From Octopus vulgaris (lineage: Eukaryota), in the NCBI GenBank assembly GCA_951406725.2, contig OX597824.1, positions 26,598,001-26,662,000 on the forward strand: a DNA stretch of 64,000 nucleotides. Direction: 5' to 3'. This document shows, in pieces, positions 44,961 to 57,150 of the stretch. Positions within the stretch are counted from its first letter, which is position 1. Each line of letters begins with the position of its first letter. Both the position numbers and the translations under genes were made by a program. Below the pieces are notes generated by a model. That model was not told where the DNA came from and ran no database searches. It worked only from the letters and a program-made list of their open reading frames with translations.

Positions 44961-45590
44961 TTCTTTACTACCCACAAGGGGCTAAACATAGACGGGACAA
45001 ACAAGGACAGACAAAGGGATTAAGTTGATTACATCGACCCCAGTGCGAAATTGGTACTTTATTTATCGATCCTGAAAGGATGAAAGGCAAAGTCGACCTC
45101 GGCGGAATTTGAACTCACAACGTAACGTCAGGCGAAATATATATATATATATAACGAGAAGCTTCATGAAAATAAACAAAAGACAAAGGCAGGTGGAATA
45201 CAAACAAACAATTGTATTAGTATGGCGCTCAGGAATATAAATAAAACAAGTCTTTTACGTTTCGAGCCTACGCTCTTCAACAGAAAGATACACAGAAAAG
45301 AAACACGGAGAGAAACAAAGAGAGAGAAAAATGCGTGCAGAAGCTAACGAATCAACATGGCGATATATAGTTATTATATGTGTGTGTGCATCTCTGTTTA
45401 TCACCCCGCCATCGCTTAACAACCGATGCTGGTATGTTTACATCACTGTAACTTAGTAGTTCGGCTAAACACACGACAGAATAACTATTAGGCTTACAAA
45501 GAATATGTCCTTGGGTTGATTTCTTCGACTAAAAACCTTCAGAGCGGTGCTGCGGCATGGCCGGAACAAGTAAAAGAATAGAAGATTAAA
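44690..45590 (+). mobile_element. SINE family A with nested family B fragment (44960-45137) and hammerhead element (45155-45362) in its microsatellite
   Basis: The A head at 44697 and the A 3' half at 45375-45580 are separated by two foreign inserts flanked by (TA)n. Confidence 0.8.
45155..45362 (-). mobile_element. Family C hammerhead element
   Basis: Motif tcttt-CTGTTGA-A-GAGC-gtag-GCTC-GAAAC-GTA-aaaga at 45251-45288. Confidence 0.75.
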
Positions 45591-45780
45591 AGAATATATA
45601 GAATTTATATTTGTTTTTATGTTCAGTTATAATAAAAACAATTTTATATTAATTTTCATGGTTAGTCTAAGCTTTTGTAGAGTGCAAATTTAGTATTTTT
45701 GAATAAGAATATTATTGATAGTGACTTCGACATTTCCGCTGGTTAAGCCCTCGTCGGACTGTCACTAATGTTCCTGTTAC

Positions 45781-46200
45781 AGGCGGCGAGCTGGCAGAGT
45801 CGTTAGCACGCCGGGCGAAATGCGTAGCCGTATTTCGTCTGCCGTTACGTTCTGAGTTCAAATTCCGCTGAGGTCGACTTTGCCTTTGATCCTTTCGGGG
45901 TCTATGAAATAAGTACCAGTTACGCACTGGGGTCGGTATAATCGACTTAATCCGTTTGTCCTTGTTTGTTCTCTCTGTGTTTAGCCCCTTGTGGGTAGTA
46001 AAATAGGTATTTCGTCTGCCGTTACGTTCTGAGTTCAAATTCCGCTGAGGTCGACTTTGCCTTTCATCCTTTTGGGGTCTATTAAATAAGTACCAGTTAC
46101 GTCCTGGGGTCGATATAATCGACTTAATCCGTTTGTCTGTCCTTGTTTGTCCTCTCTGTGGGTAGTAAAGAAATAGGTATTTCGTCTGTCGTTACATTCA
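45781..46200 (+). mobile_element. tRNA-derived SINE family B, tandem multimer
   Basis: Head GGCGGCGAGCTGGCAGAGTCGTTAGC, B-box GAGTTCAAATTCC, and central GTCGACTTTGCCTTTCATCCTTTCGGGGTCGAT..AAGTACCAG (resembles the Meta/Sauria-type central domain). The ~175-bp body is repeated 2+ times. Confidence 0.88.
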
Positions 46201-46272
46201 GAAGTCAAGTACTCCCCACATCATTATCGTCATCACCACCGTAAACGTCACTGTCATCGTCAACGTTTCTGG

Positions 46273-46314
<42 letters not shown>

Positions 46315-46523
46315 GGCGGTGAGTTAGCAGAATCGTTAGCTCGCCGGACGAAATGCTCAGCGGCACTTTGTCTGCACGTTCTGAGTTCAAATTCCGCCGT
46401 GGTCGAATTTGTATTTCATTCTTTCGGGGTCGATAAATCAAGCTCCAGTAGAGAAATTAGGGATCTATGTAATCGATTATCTCTCTCCCCAAAATTTCAA
46501 GCCTTGTCTCTATAATAGAAGGG

Positions 46524-46564
<41 letters not shown>

Positions 46565-46747
46565 AATATATGCACGCGTAAACGTGTGTATGTGTGTGTA
46601 TGTATGTATGTCTGTATGTGTGTATGCGTGCGTGTCTGTAACGTTGTAGTGTTTTGTACCGTGTATGCTTCTATGTTTCAAATTAAGCCGAGACGAATAC
46701 TAATTTGATTTTCGAATGGGTTGAAATACGAAAATTATGTTATATAT

Positions 46748-47430
46748 AGGCGAAGGAGTGGCTGTGTGGTAACTAGGTTGCATACCAGCCATATGGTTCC
46801 GGGTTCATTTTCATTGCATGGCATCTTGGGCAAGTGTCTTCTACTATATCCTCGGGCCGACCAAAGCCCTGTGAGTGGATTTGGTAGACGGAAACTGAAG
46901 GTAGACGGACATTGAATTTAAGGCAGCGAGCTGGCAGAAATGTTAGCACGCCGGGAAAAATGCTTAGCGGTATTTCGTCTGTCTTTATCGCTCTGAGTTC
47001 AAATTCCACCGTGGTCGACTTTGCCTTCCATCCTTTCAGGGTGGATAAATTAATGACCAGTTACGCACTGGGCTCGATGTAATCGACTTAATCCCTTTGT
47101 CCGTCCTTGTTTGCCCCTCTATATTAACCCCCTTGTGGATAATAAAGAAATAGGAAACTGAAGGAAGCCCGTTGTATATATGTGTATATATATATATACA
47201 TATTATGTCTGTGTGTATGTTTGCGTGTCTGTGTTTGTCCCCCCTACATCGCTTGACAACCGATATTGGTGTGTTTACGTCCCAGTAACGTAGCGGTTCG
47301 GCAAAAGAGTCCGATAGAATAAGCACTAGGCTTAAAAAAGAATAAGTCCTGGCGTCGATTTGCTCGACTAAAGGCGGTGCTCTAGCATGGCCATAGTGAA
47401 ATAACTGAAAAAAAAAGAGTAAAAGAGTAA
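46748..47430 (+). mobile_element. SINE family A with nested family B copy (46921-47153)
   Basis: GGAAACTGAAGG is duplicated at 46890-46901 and 47153-47164 around the B insert. Confidence 0.85.
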
Positions 47431-48050
47431 ATATATTATGTAAATATATATTTTATATAATATCCTGCTTGACATTCTTTCTCCTCCTACTTCTCTGAAC
47501 CATCGTTTTCAAAGTAAACCTATCTGACCTCACACGTCTTCAAATCATTCGCACAGCCTCACGCGAAGACAATATCACACTCACATCCACGCAATTTTCT
47601 CCAGACACAGCTGCGGAATGACACCAACTTTACCTCAGACAACAAGACGTCTTATTTCGCAAGAACAGATATAATGTAACACCTATTTCCCTTATTACCA
47701 GCAACACAAAGAAAGTCCTTTGATGTCTAACTATCGCATAGAACATTATAAAAAATACCACACGCGCACAGACGTCAAAACTCTACTAGAAGTTACATAA
47801 AACTTCAGAAAATTCGATAGAAGTAAAATTTAAAACGACACGTAAGTATATTTAAAGCTACCACATACTTTTTGCCAACATACTTAAATTTCAGTTATAA
47901 ACTTGTTAGCACTTCAAACAGTCTTGAGACATATACAAACCCGTACAAACCCGTAAAAGAGCCATTGACTGTATTCTGTCTCGGAGAAAATTTCTCGCTG
48001 TACACAAATTGTAAATACACCGAGTCAGATTACAGCTCTCCCTAACCAAA

Positions 48051-48098
48051 CTGTTGGATGTGTGCATTTCGGGGTGGTTATCTGCTCTTCAGAAACAG
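48051..48098 (-). ncRNA. Hammerhead motif with intact core, weak stem II
   Basis: ctgttt-CTGAAGA-g(13 nt)c-GAAA-TG-caca-CA-TC-caacag: stem III ATG/CAT, AUC triplet, and a 5-bp stem I with a basal mismatch. Confidence 0.45.
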
Positions 48099-48867
48099 CG
48101 ACCGAAGAGGTAAACGCTGCGAACTGACAGGTCCCTCTTATGATATTCTTATCATCGTTCAACGACTGGTTGTGCTATACATCAGCTCACCGTAAATAAA
48201 GTACGGGGTGAGAGCGCAAACCAGTTCAAATATGATTCAGGTATATACGAATCCGTAAGGAAGCCATTCATTGCATTTTGCTAAGGAGTAAATTTCTCGT
48301 TGCAGACAAATATTTTGTCTGTGACCAAACCCAGTCAATAGTTTTCTCACATGATCGAATATGTTTCAAGCATATTTGATGTGGTAACAAGTTTTTATTT
48401 GTACATATCATTGCTTAGCGCTTCTCATACGTATAATCTTCAGTGTCTTACAAATTGTATATTCTTTTCTACTCTAGGCACAAGGTCCGAAATTTTGGAG
48501 GAGGGGGTCAGTCGATTAGAGCCACCCCAGTACGCAACTGGTACTTAATTTATTGACCCCCCAAAAGGAGGATGAAAGACAAAGTTGAGCAATTGTGTGG
48601 GAGGGGTGAGTCGATTACATCGATCTCAGTTCAGTACAAAACTGCCACCTATTTTATCGTCATCTAAGGCGGAGATTGAACTAAAGAACTTAGAGATGGA
48701 CGAAATGCCGCTAAACATTTTGTCCGGTGCGATGACGATTCTGCCTTATGATCTAAACAAATATCAAAAAGAAATCCAGCAGTACTATTCAAGAAACAGC
48801 AATAACGACGGCAACAACCACAACAACAACAAGAAGAAGAGCAATCACACTTAACAAAATATTATGA

Positions 48868-49075
48868 TCGAATAAGGAGCACTGCAATGCCAAAAGAAGC
48901 AGATAAATTACAAGAAGACGAACTAAACAGCTTAGACTGAAAGGCAAGGTGGTTGCTTACTAGATATGGGACACTCCACCCAAAAAGTGAAACAAACAGA
49001 CTGTTTGTACCAAGAAAAAGGGTGGGAAGAGGACTTATTGGATGCGAGCACAGCATTAGTGCAGAAGAAAACAAC
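48868..49075 (+). mobile_element. R4/Dong-like non-LTR retrotransposon fragment
   Basis: LLTRYGTLHPKSETNRLFVPRKRVGRGLI matches the HPKS..RLY.PR..GGRGL motif. It abuts (ATT)n. Confidence 0.7.
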
Positions 49076-49311
49076 ATTATTATTATTATTATTATTATTA
49101 TTACTGAACATTCGTTTGTAAACGGGAGGAGTTGAGAAGGAGAGAGGCGCCTGCTGGGGTGCATCTAGCGGTCGGGATAACCAGAAAGTATAGGGTTCCT
49201 CGGATGTCTTCGCCCCTTTTGGGAGAATATTATTGTTTAATTGTATTGTTAATTGCCATTGTTATTTTATTGTTTACTCGATTTTTGTATTAAACCTCAT
49301 GTGTCTCCAAT

Positions 49312-49378
<67 letters not shown>

Positions 49379-49771
49379 CAATAGTAATAATAATAACCAT
49401 CGTTATGTTTATTCTTTGTTGTTAATGCTGTGCTCTTAGTTTCTTGGTGTAACATAAGTTCTCGGTATTCATAGTTAAGTATATTCGTTTTGGCTTCAGC
49501 CCTTGTGGCCAATAAAGAAATGATTATTATTAATATTATTCTATGTTTGACTTTTGCTTTATGTTTGTACAAGTTGGCTTCAAGTCTCACCCAGAGACCT
49601 CAAGAGACAACAGGTTGGAAGTTCACGTTGTTATTATGCCTAGTGTGCCATATATTTGGGGTTTTTTTTGGTGTTGTACTAGTGAATGTCTAATAAATAA
49701 ATTTTAAAAAAATTATTATTATTATTATTATTATTATTGTTGTTGTTGTTGTTGTTGTTCTTCATATTATC

Positions 49772-49812
<41 letters not shown>

Positions 49813-50111
49813 CATCATCGTTATTATTATTCGTACAATTATACTTCTGAAATAGCAATGTAGCAAAAAGCAGACGACATTTGCGAACCGGAAGAGACAG
49901 CTATGGCGGCAAAGATGCCAAAAAAAAAAAAATAATAAAAACCCCATGAAAGAAACAAAATGTTAAAGAAGCAGTGAAAACACCTAGAAAACGATAGAAA
50001 AAATAGTATGATAAGGAAGAAAAGAAAGAAGCATATATGTTATATGTTAAAAAATACGTTTATAATAATACTAACAATAACAATAATAATAATAATAATA
50101 CTAACAATAAC

Positions 50112-50151
<40 letters not shown>

Positions 50152-50436
50152 TTAATTATCGTTATGATTATTCTTACTATTGTTGTTGTTAATGCTATGC
50201 TCTTTGTTTTTTGGTGTGAAATAAGTTATTCATAGTTAAGCATATTTGATGTAATTGTTTGGAGATAGGCAAGCAGGACTCCTGCTTTCAAGTGACGTAT
50301 GTATGTATGTATATATGTATGTACGCATGCATGTATGTATGTATGTATGTATGTATGTATGTATGTATGTATGTATGTATGTATGTAGATATGTATGTAT
50401 GCATGCACATTTCTGTGTGAATATATACATATGCGT

Positions 50437-50507
<71 letters not shown>

Positions 50508-50647
50508 TGATTAGATATGTATATATATGTATATATCGATGCATATATATGTATAGATACATAGATGCACAAATATATATATATGCACATACATAAAGAT
50601 ACACGCATACGCATATATATATATATTTGTGTGTGTGTATATACATA

Positions 50648-51010
50648 TGTAGTGGCTGTGTATAAGTAGCTTGCTAACCAACCACATGGTTCCGGTTCAG
50701 TCCACTGCGTGACATCTTGGGCAAGTGTCTTCTGCTATAGCCCCGGGCCGACCAATGCCTTGTGAGTGGATTGGTAGACGGAAACTGAAGAAGCCTGTCG
50801 TATATATGTATATATATATATATATATATGAGTGTGTGTGTATGTGTTTGTGTGTCTGTGTTTGTTCCCCTAGCATTGCTTGACAACCGATGCTGGTGTG
50901 TTTACACACTTAGCGGTTCGGCAAAGAGACCGATAGAATAACACTGGGCTTACAAAGAATAAGTCCCGGGGTCGATTTGCTCGACTAAAGGCGGTGCTCC
51001 AGCATGGCCG
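50648..51010 (+). mobile_element. SINE family A
   Basis: Match to the family consensus, with small deletions. Confidence 0.85.
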
Positions 51011-51060
51011 ATATATACATACACATGCACACACACGTGCACGCACGCACACACATACAC

Positions 51061-51098
<38 letters not shown>

Positions 51099-51354
51099 TT
51101 ACATGAAAGTATTTATATGTATCAGATAAAGGATATATTACGCCAAATGAACAGATAACATAAGCTGAAAAGAGTAAATGAAAGTTAAAATCTTTGTGAA
51201 AAGCCAAAGGTAACTGTACTTTCCTGGAGGTAAAGTACAACCAAGGAACGAAATGATAATCTCATACACATATATATAAATATATATATATATATAAATA
51301 TATATATATATACATAAAAATATATATATATATAAATATATATATATATACATA

Positions 51355-51416
<62 letters not shown>

Positions 51417-51530
51417 GTGTGTGTGCGTGTTTACATTTATATATATATACATGCCTATACACAAATTTATGCACACATATGTATACATATATATATATGT
51501 TATGTGTATATGTACATATATATATATATT

Positions 51531-51567
<37 letters not shown>

Positions 51568-51643
51568 GTGTATATATATATATATACATATGTATATATA
51601 TATATATATACGTGTATGTATATATGTATATTTATATATATAC

Positions 51644-51767
<124 letters not shown>

Positions 51768-53444
51768 GTGTGTGTGTGCGCGTGTGTGTGTATATGTGTA
51801 TGCATGTAAATATAAATCTGTATTATATAATAAACCAATCAGTCCGAAGGACAGCAAAAAAGAAAAACATAACGATAACATTGTCCTCCTCCTCCTTTTT
51901 CTCCTCCTGGCCTTACCTCCTCCTCCTCCTCCTCCTCCTCCTCCTCCACCTCCTCCTCCTCCTCCTCCACCTCATTATCATCATCATTATTTTCATCATC
52001 TGCGTTGTGTACATCTATATACTTCCACTGCTACCACCAAAACTACAAACATCATCACCACCACTCCCACCACCACCACCATCATAATCATCATCATCAT
52101 CACCAACATAAAAATCATACCAATTACAACAATAGCAACTATAGCCTCACCAAATGAATTACCGCCACCATCAACAGCACAAAAAAAAACAAACAACAAA
52201 AATACCAAGAATACCAGCAATACCAACAACATGAACGAAATCAGTAATAACATGAATAAAAATAAAATCAACAAGATTACCAATAACAATAATATAACTT
52301 CTAACAATCTCCCTCTGCCGTCTCCGTTGCCACCAAGCTACAATTAAAATAAAAGAACTGATTAAGTTATTTGACTGTAATTTCCAGCAACTTTGGTCTC
52401 CAGAATAGTTAGTCTTATCTCAGACAGCTCTTCAAACCAATTCCAAAAAAACAAAACAAAAAAAAAACAAAAAAACAAATATGTTATTAAAAAAAATCAA
52501 AAACGGAAACTAAATTATAGAATATATGTACATGAACACTTTCGGCACCATTTGCCTCTACTGAACTTCTTATCAACGAATTATACTTACATCTTTCATC
52601 TTCTTTCATTCCTTCTTTCCTCTCCTTTCTTTTCCTTCTCCTTTTTGTCGCTCGTCTTTCTTTGCATAGCTCTTTCTTGTGTTCCTTCTATCTTTCTGCT
52701 TTTCTTACACCCTCCTTTTCTCTTTCTTTCGTTGTTTCCTTCTATTTTCCATTCTTTCATTCTTTTCTTCTTTTCTTTCTTTTTCTTTCCTCCTTTTCTC
52801 TTTCTTTTCTACTTTTCTTTGTATTCCGTTCTTTCTTTCTTTCCTTATCTATCATTCATTTTTCTTCTTTACTGTTATCTTCCATTCTTTCTTTCGTTTT
52901 CATCAATCTTTCTTTACTTCTTTCTCAAGTGAATTTCCTCACGTATTGCGGTTCTCATCTCCCTCCTCTTCTATTTCTAATTATTCTTCATCATCATTCT
53001 TTTTCTTTTTCTTCTTCTTCTTATCGTTATTATTCTCCTCCCTTCCCTCCTTGTCCCCTCCCCCTCTCCTGCCCTCCTTCTCCCCTGCCCTCCTCTTCTC
53101 CTCCCCCCTCCTCCTCCTCCCATCCCCCCTTCCCCTCTCTTCCTCCTCATCCCCATCTCCCTTCCCACATCCTCCTTCACCCCCTTCATCTCCTTCATCC
53201 CATTTCCTCCTTCTCCACCTTCCCGTTCCCTTCTATTATCACATCCCAAAGTCTATCCTATGATTATCCGATCCATTCCCGGGTTGATGTGTCGTATCAC
53301 CTACATAAATGTACAACATACAATATATGCAGCACATATGCAAATAAATTCAAAGAACAAACTATCTGTTACATATATCTCGTGTTTTTAAGAGACACGC
53401 AATACATATTCAGGAAAAAACGATTGTAGTGTCCCAAAGCTTGT

Positions 53445-54130
53445 CAAATTAGTTTCAAATTTCGGTGCAATGCCAGTAATTTCGTGGAAGGGAGATAAGT
53501 CGGTTTCATTGACCCAAGTGTTCGACTAGTATTTATTTTATCGACCTCGAAAGTATGAAAGTCAAAGCCGAAAATGCCGGGTTTTGAACTCAGAACGTAA
53601 AGACGGACGAAATGCCGCCAAGCTAACGATTCTGCCAACCGACCGCCGCTGCCTTTGATTGCTTTAAATATTATATGGTTTAGTCCCAGCGGTGGTGAGC
53701 TGGCTGAAACGTTAGCATACCAGACAAAATGCTTAGCAGCATTTCGTCCGTCTTTATGTTCTGAGTTCAAATTCCTTCGTTTGTTTCTGGCGGGTAGTGG
53801 TAACTATGGTATCAATATACCTATATGAAAGGCGGCAAGCTGGCTGAAACGTTAGCATGCCGGGCGAAATAGTTACTGGTATTTCGTCTGCCGCTACGTT
53901 CTGAGTTCAAATTCCGCCGAGGTCGACTTTGCTTTTCATCCTTTCGGGGTCGATTAAATAAGTACCAGTTACACACTGGGGTCAATATAATCGACTTAAT
54001 CCGTTTGTCTGTTCTTGTTTGTCCTCTCCGTGTTTAACCCCTTGTGGATAGTAAAGAAATAGGTATTTCGTCTGCCGCTACGTTCTGAGTTCAAATTCCA
54101 CCAAGGTCGACTTTACCTTTCATCCTTTCT
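53445..54130. mobile_element. Cluster of SINE family B copies (one minus, two plus)
   Basis: 53445-53650 (-), 53690-53775 (+), and 53830-54130 (+, with a repeated body). Confidence 0.82.
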
Positions 54131-54139
54131 GGGCCAAGG

Positions 54140-54478
54140 CAACACGAACGTCCTCTCAACAATTAGCCAGAGATGATTTTTAAAATGAGAATATCTGAAA
54201 TAAACTCGACTGCTTTCACAAACGAGAATACTAAAAATGAACCCTTAAGTAAAGAAACAGGAAAAATAAACCAGAATCCTTGTCCGGTACCGGATCGGTC
54301 ACAAAATCTAATCAATTCATGCCGGCCGGTCACGAGGCCAAACATCCCTGAAGTTTCATCCGAATCCATCCGGCGGTTTCTTGAGATATCTTATCCACGG
54401 ACAACCAACCAAACTAACAAACAACCAAACACGACTGGAAACAATAACCCCGCCTTCGCTATGTCGGAGGTAATAATC
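54140..54478. mobile_element. DINE-1/HINE-like (Helentron-associated) element
   Basis: AAGTTTCATCCGAATCC...GAGATATC, a (CAAA)n-like tract, and a terminal hairpin ACCCCG..CGGAGGTAAT typical of this class. Confidence 0.55.
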
Positions 54479-54486
54479 ACCTTGTG

Positions 54487-54722
54487 ATAGACAAGAGTAT
54501 AAGGAAGTACTGTAAACGGTACCAGAAAAATACTTAAGCATTGCCTGGATAAACTTCAAAAAGGCTTACACGTTGCCGCATTTGTGGATTTTGGAAACTC
54601 TCGACATGTGTGGAATAACTGAGAACGTGTGTGCGCTGATTAAGAACATCATGCCTAGTTGGAAGATACGTCTTTCCTTTAAGAAACAGTACTTAGCCGA
54701 AGTAACAATCAAACGAGGTATT
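54487..54722 (+). mobile_element. R4/Dong-like RT fragment
   Basis: LSIAWINFKKAY..LPHLWILETLDMCGI...IKRGI resembles WIDYKKAYD.VPHSWI. Confidence 0.65.
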
Positions 54723-55221
54723 GTAATTTATAATTAAATATTAAGAATTGTGTTTAAAATGTTAAAATATTTTGTGCACTGTGGACGTATAACCGATTAA
54801 CTGGTCTGAAGTACAATTTTTTCATGGCCTCTGAAAAATTACTGTTCACCCCCAGTTTACTATATTGCATACGTGGTCCATACAAAATCATATATGGACC
54901 CCGGTTTAGAACCTCTGGTGTACACAGTCTTCGTTAAGGCTGTTAAATTGACTTATTTGGAAATCGGTTGTGATGTAAGCGTTTGTGTATTTCTCGGCAT
55001 CTGGGGAAGAGATGGGCCCCTTCCCATGCGTCTAGAATAGTCTTTCCCAAACGATTTCTTTCTCTCTCGTCTCTCTTATCTCACTTTCTCTTTTCGTCTC
55101 TTTTCCTTTTCTATCTCAGCTTTTCGTCATCCCTGTTGTCACTGCTGTTGTTGCTCTTAAATATGGAAATACGTCTGAATTAATTCATGCCCGAACATGG
55201 AATCATATTGCGTGTGTACTG

Positions 55222-55480
55222 TTCTTTTATTCTTTTACTTGTTTCAGTCATTTGACTGCGGCCATGCAGGAGCACCGCCTCAAAAGGCTTTTTAGACGAA
55301 GGAATCGACTCCAGGACATATTCTTTGTAAGCATAGTACTTATTCTATCAGTATCATTCGCGGATCCGATAAGTTATAGGGATATAAATACACCAACATC
55401 GGTTGCAAGCAATGTTGAGGGAAGGCGAGACAAAGACAGACACAAAGATACATATAAATATATACATACACACACACACA

Positions 55481-55522
<42 letters not shown>

Positions 55523-55665
55523 CACAACGAGCTTCTTTCTGTTTCCGTCTGCCAAATCCCTTCACAAGGCTTTGGTTGGCCCGAGGCTATAGTAGAAGTC
55601 ACTTGCCCAAGGTGCCACGCAGTGGGACGGGACCCGAAACCATTTGGCTGGGAAGCAAGCTTCTT
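55222..55665 (-). mobile_element. SINE family A
   Basis: Reverse-complement match to the family consensus. Confidence 0.85.
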
Positions 55666-56099
55666 TATTTTATTTTTAAATTGCCATAAAGGCATTACAT
55701 AGAGGGGACACTATGACACATGTGGGGACATATAGCAATTAAAATAAAAATATGATGCTATGAATGACACATGAAAATGAACATGAAAAACATTAAAATC
55801 AAAATATTAAAATAATGATACATGAATGATGGCTAAGAAATGAGAATATGAAAAGTGTGTTACTCACCTCACACTGAGTAACACCACTCGCCACCTCTGA
55901 GTCCTGAGTCCTCTTTAGTCTTTGATCCAGTCTTTCGCTCACCGTTTTCCCTATCGTTGAGTGACACCACTCTCTCCTCCATGTACACGTAACCTTTTTC
56001 ACCGGGGGAGGAGTTCTTGTAAATTTTGTGGTGTTGTGGAATCTATTTTTTTTTTCTAGTTAATTTTAGTTAATTTTAGTTTATTTTCAGATCATTAAA

Positions 56100-56902
56100 A
56101 TGGAATGTCAAGTTAAGAAAGACACCTCCTTTTTACTTTTAAGGCCGCAAAATCTGCTCGCTACATTTGTGCTGTGTATGGAGATGGTGCCATCGTAGAA
56201 AGAACCACACGTGATTGGTGTGCTAAGTTCAAAAATGGAAATGTTGACCTCCAAATAAAACATGCAGAACCCATGATCCATACTTCTGAACCCTTCCCAT
56301 AGAGTGAAGATGATTCTCTATAGCAGTGTGGGAGCATTCCATTTTCTCTGCCAGTACCCTTGTACTTTGACGAGAATTTTCGTACAAAAGTTGGTTTAAT
56401 TGCTCTTCATCGAACCCAACTGGACGGCCAGAACGAGGTACGTCTTTGAGGTCAAAATTTCCATTTTTGAACTTGGCATACCAATCACGTCTGGTTGATG
56501 GAGAGTTGGCAGAATCGTTAGCAGCCAGGCGAAATGTTTAGCCGTATTTCGTCTGCCGTTACGTTCTGAGTTCAAATTCCGCCGAGGTCGACTTTGCCTT
56601 TCATCCTTTCGGGGTCGATTAAATAAGTACCAGTTACGCACTGGGGTCGATATAATCGGCTTAATCCGTTTGTCTGTTCTCTGTGTTAAGCTCCTTGTAG
56701 GTAGTAAAGAAATAGGAAGCCATTCAAACGCATGGCTGGGAAGTGCTGCCACACCCGCCGTGCTCTCCTGATTCGGGACCAACGGATTTCCATCTCTTTC
56801 GATCTCTTTCAAATGCTACGCGCGGAGTTTCGTTCCATACTGATGCAGAATTGAGAGCTTGGTTGGATCAATTCTTCGAGTCGAAATCGGGGGATTTCTA
56901 CC
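56100..56902. mobile_element. Mariner transposase remnant with internal inversion
   Basis: On +: MECQVKK..ICAVYGDGAIVERTTRDWCAKFKNGNVDL (56100-56251). On -: RDWYAKFKNGNFDLKDVPRSGRP...GSWVLH (56260-56489). On +: GWEVLPHPPCSPDSGPTDFHLFRSL (56717-56902). Confidence 0.88.
56503..56716 (+). mobile_element. SINE family B inserted in mariner remnant
   Basis: Complete B monomer ending in GTAGTAAAGAAATAGG. Confidence 0.85.
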
Positions 56903-57150
56903 GCTAAGTGATGGGGACGTAAACACACCAGCATCGGTTGTCAAACAAGGGGGACAAACGCAGATATACAAACACACATATATATATATACATATATACG
57001 ACGGGCTTTTTTCAGTTTCCTCTACCAAATCCACTCACAAGGCATTAGTCGGCCCGGGGCTATAGCAGAAGACACTTGCCCAAGATGCCACGCAGTGGGA
57101 CTGAACCCGGAACCCGGCAAGCTACTTACCACACAGCCACTCCAGCGCCT
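56900..57150 (-). mobile_element. SINE family A 5' part
   Basis: Reverse-complement match. It truncates the mariner remnant. Confidence 0.8.
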
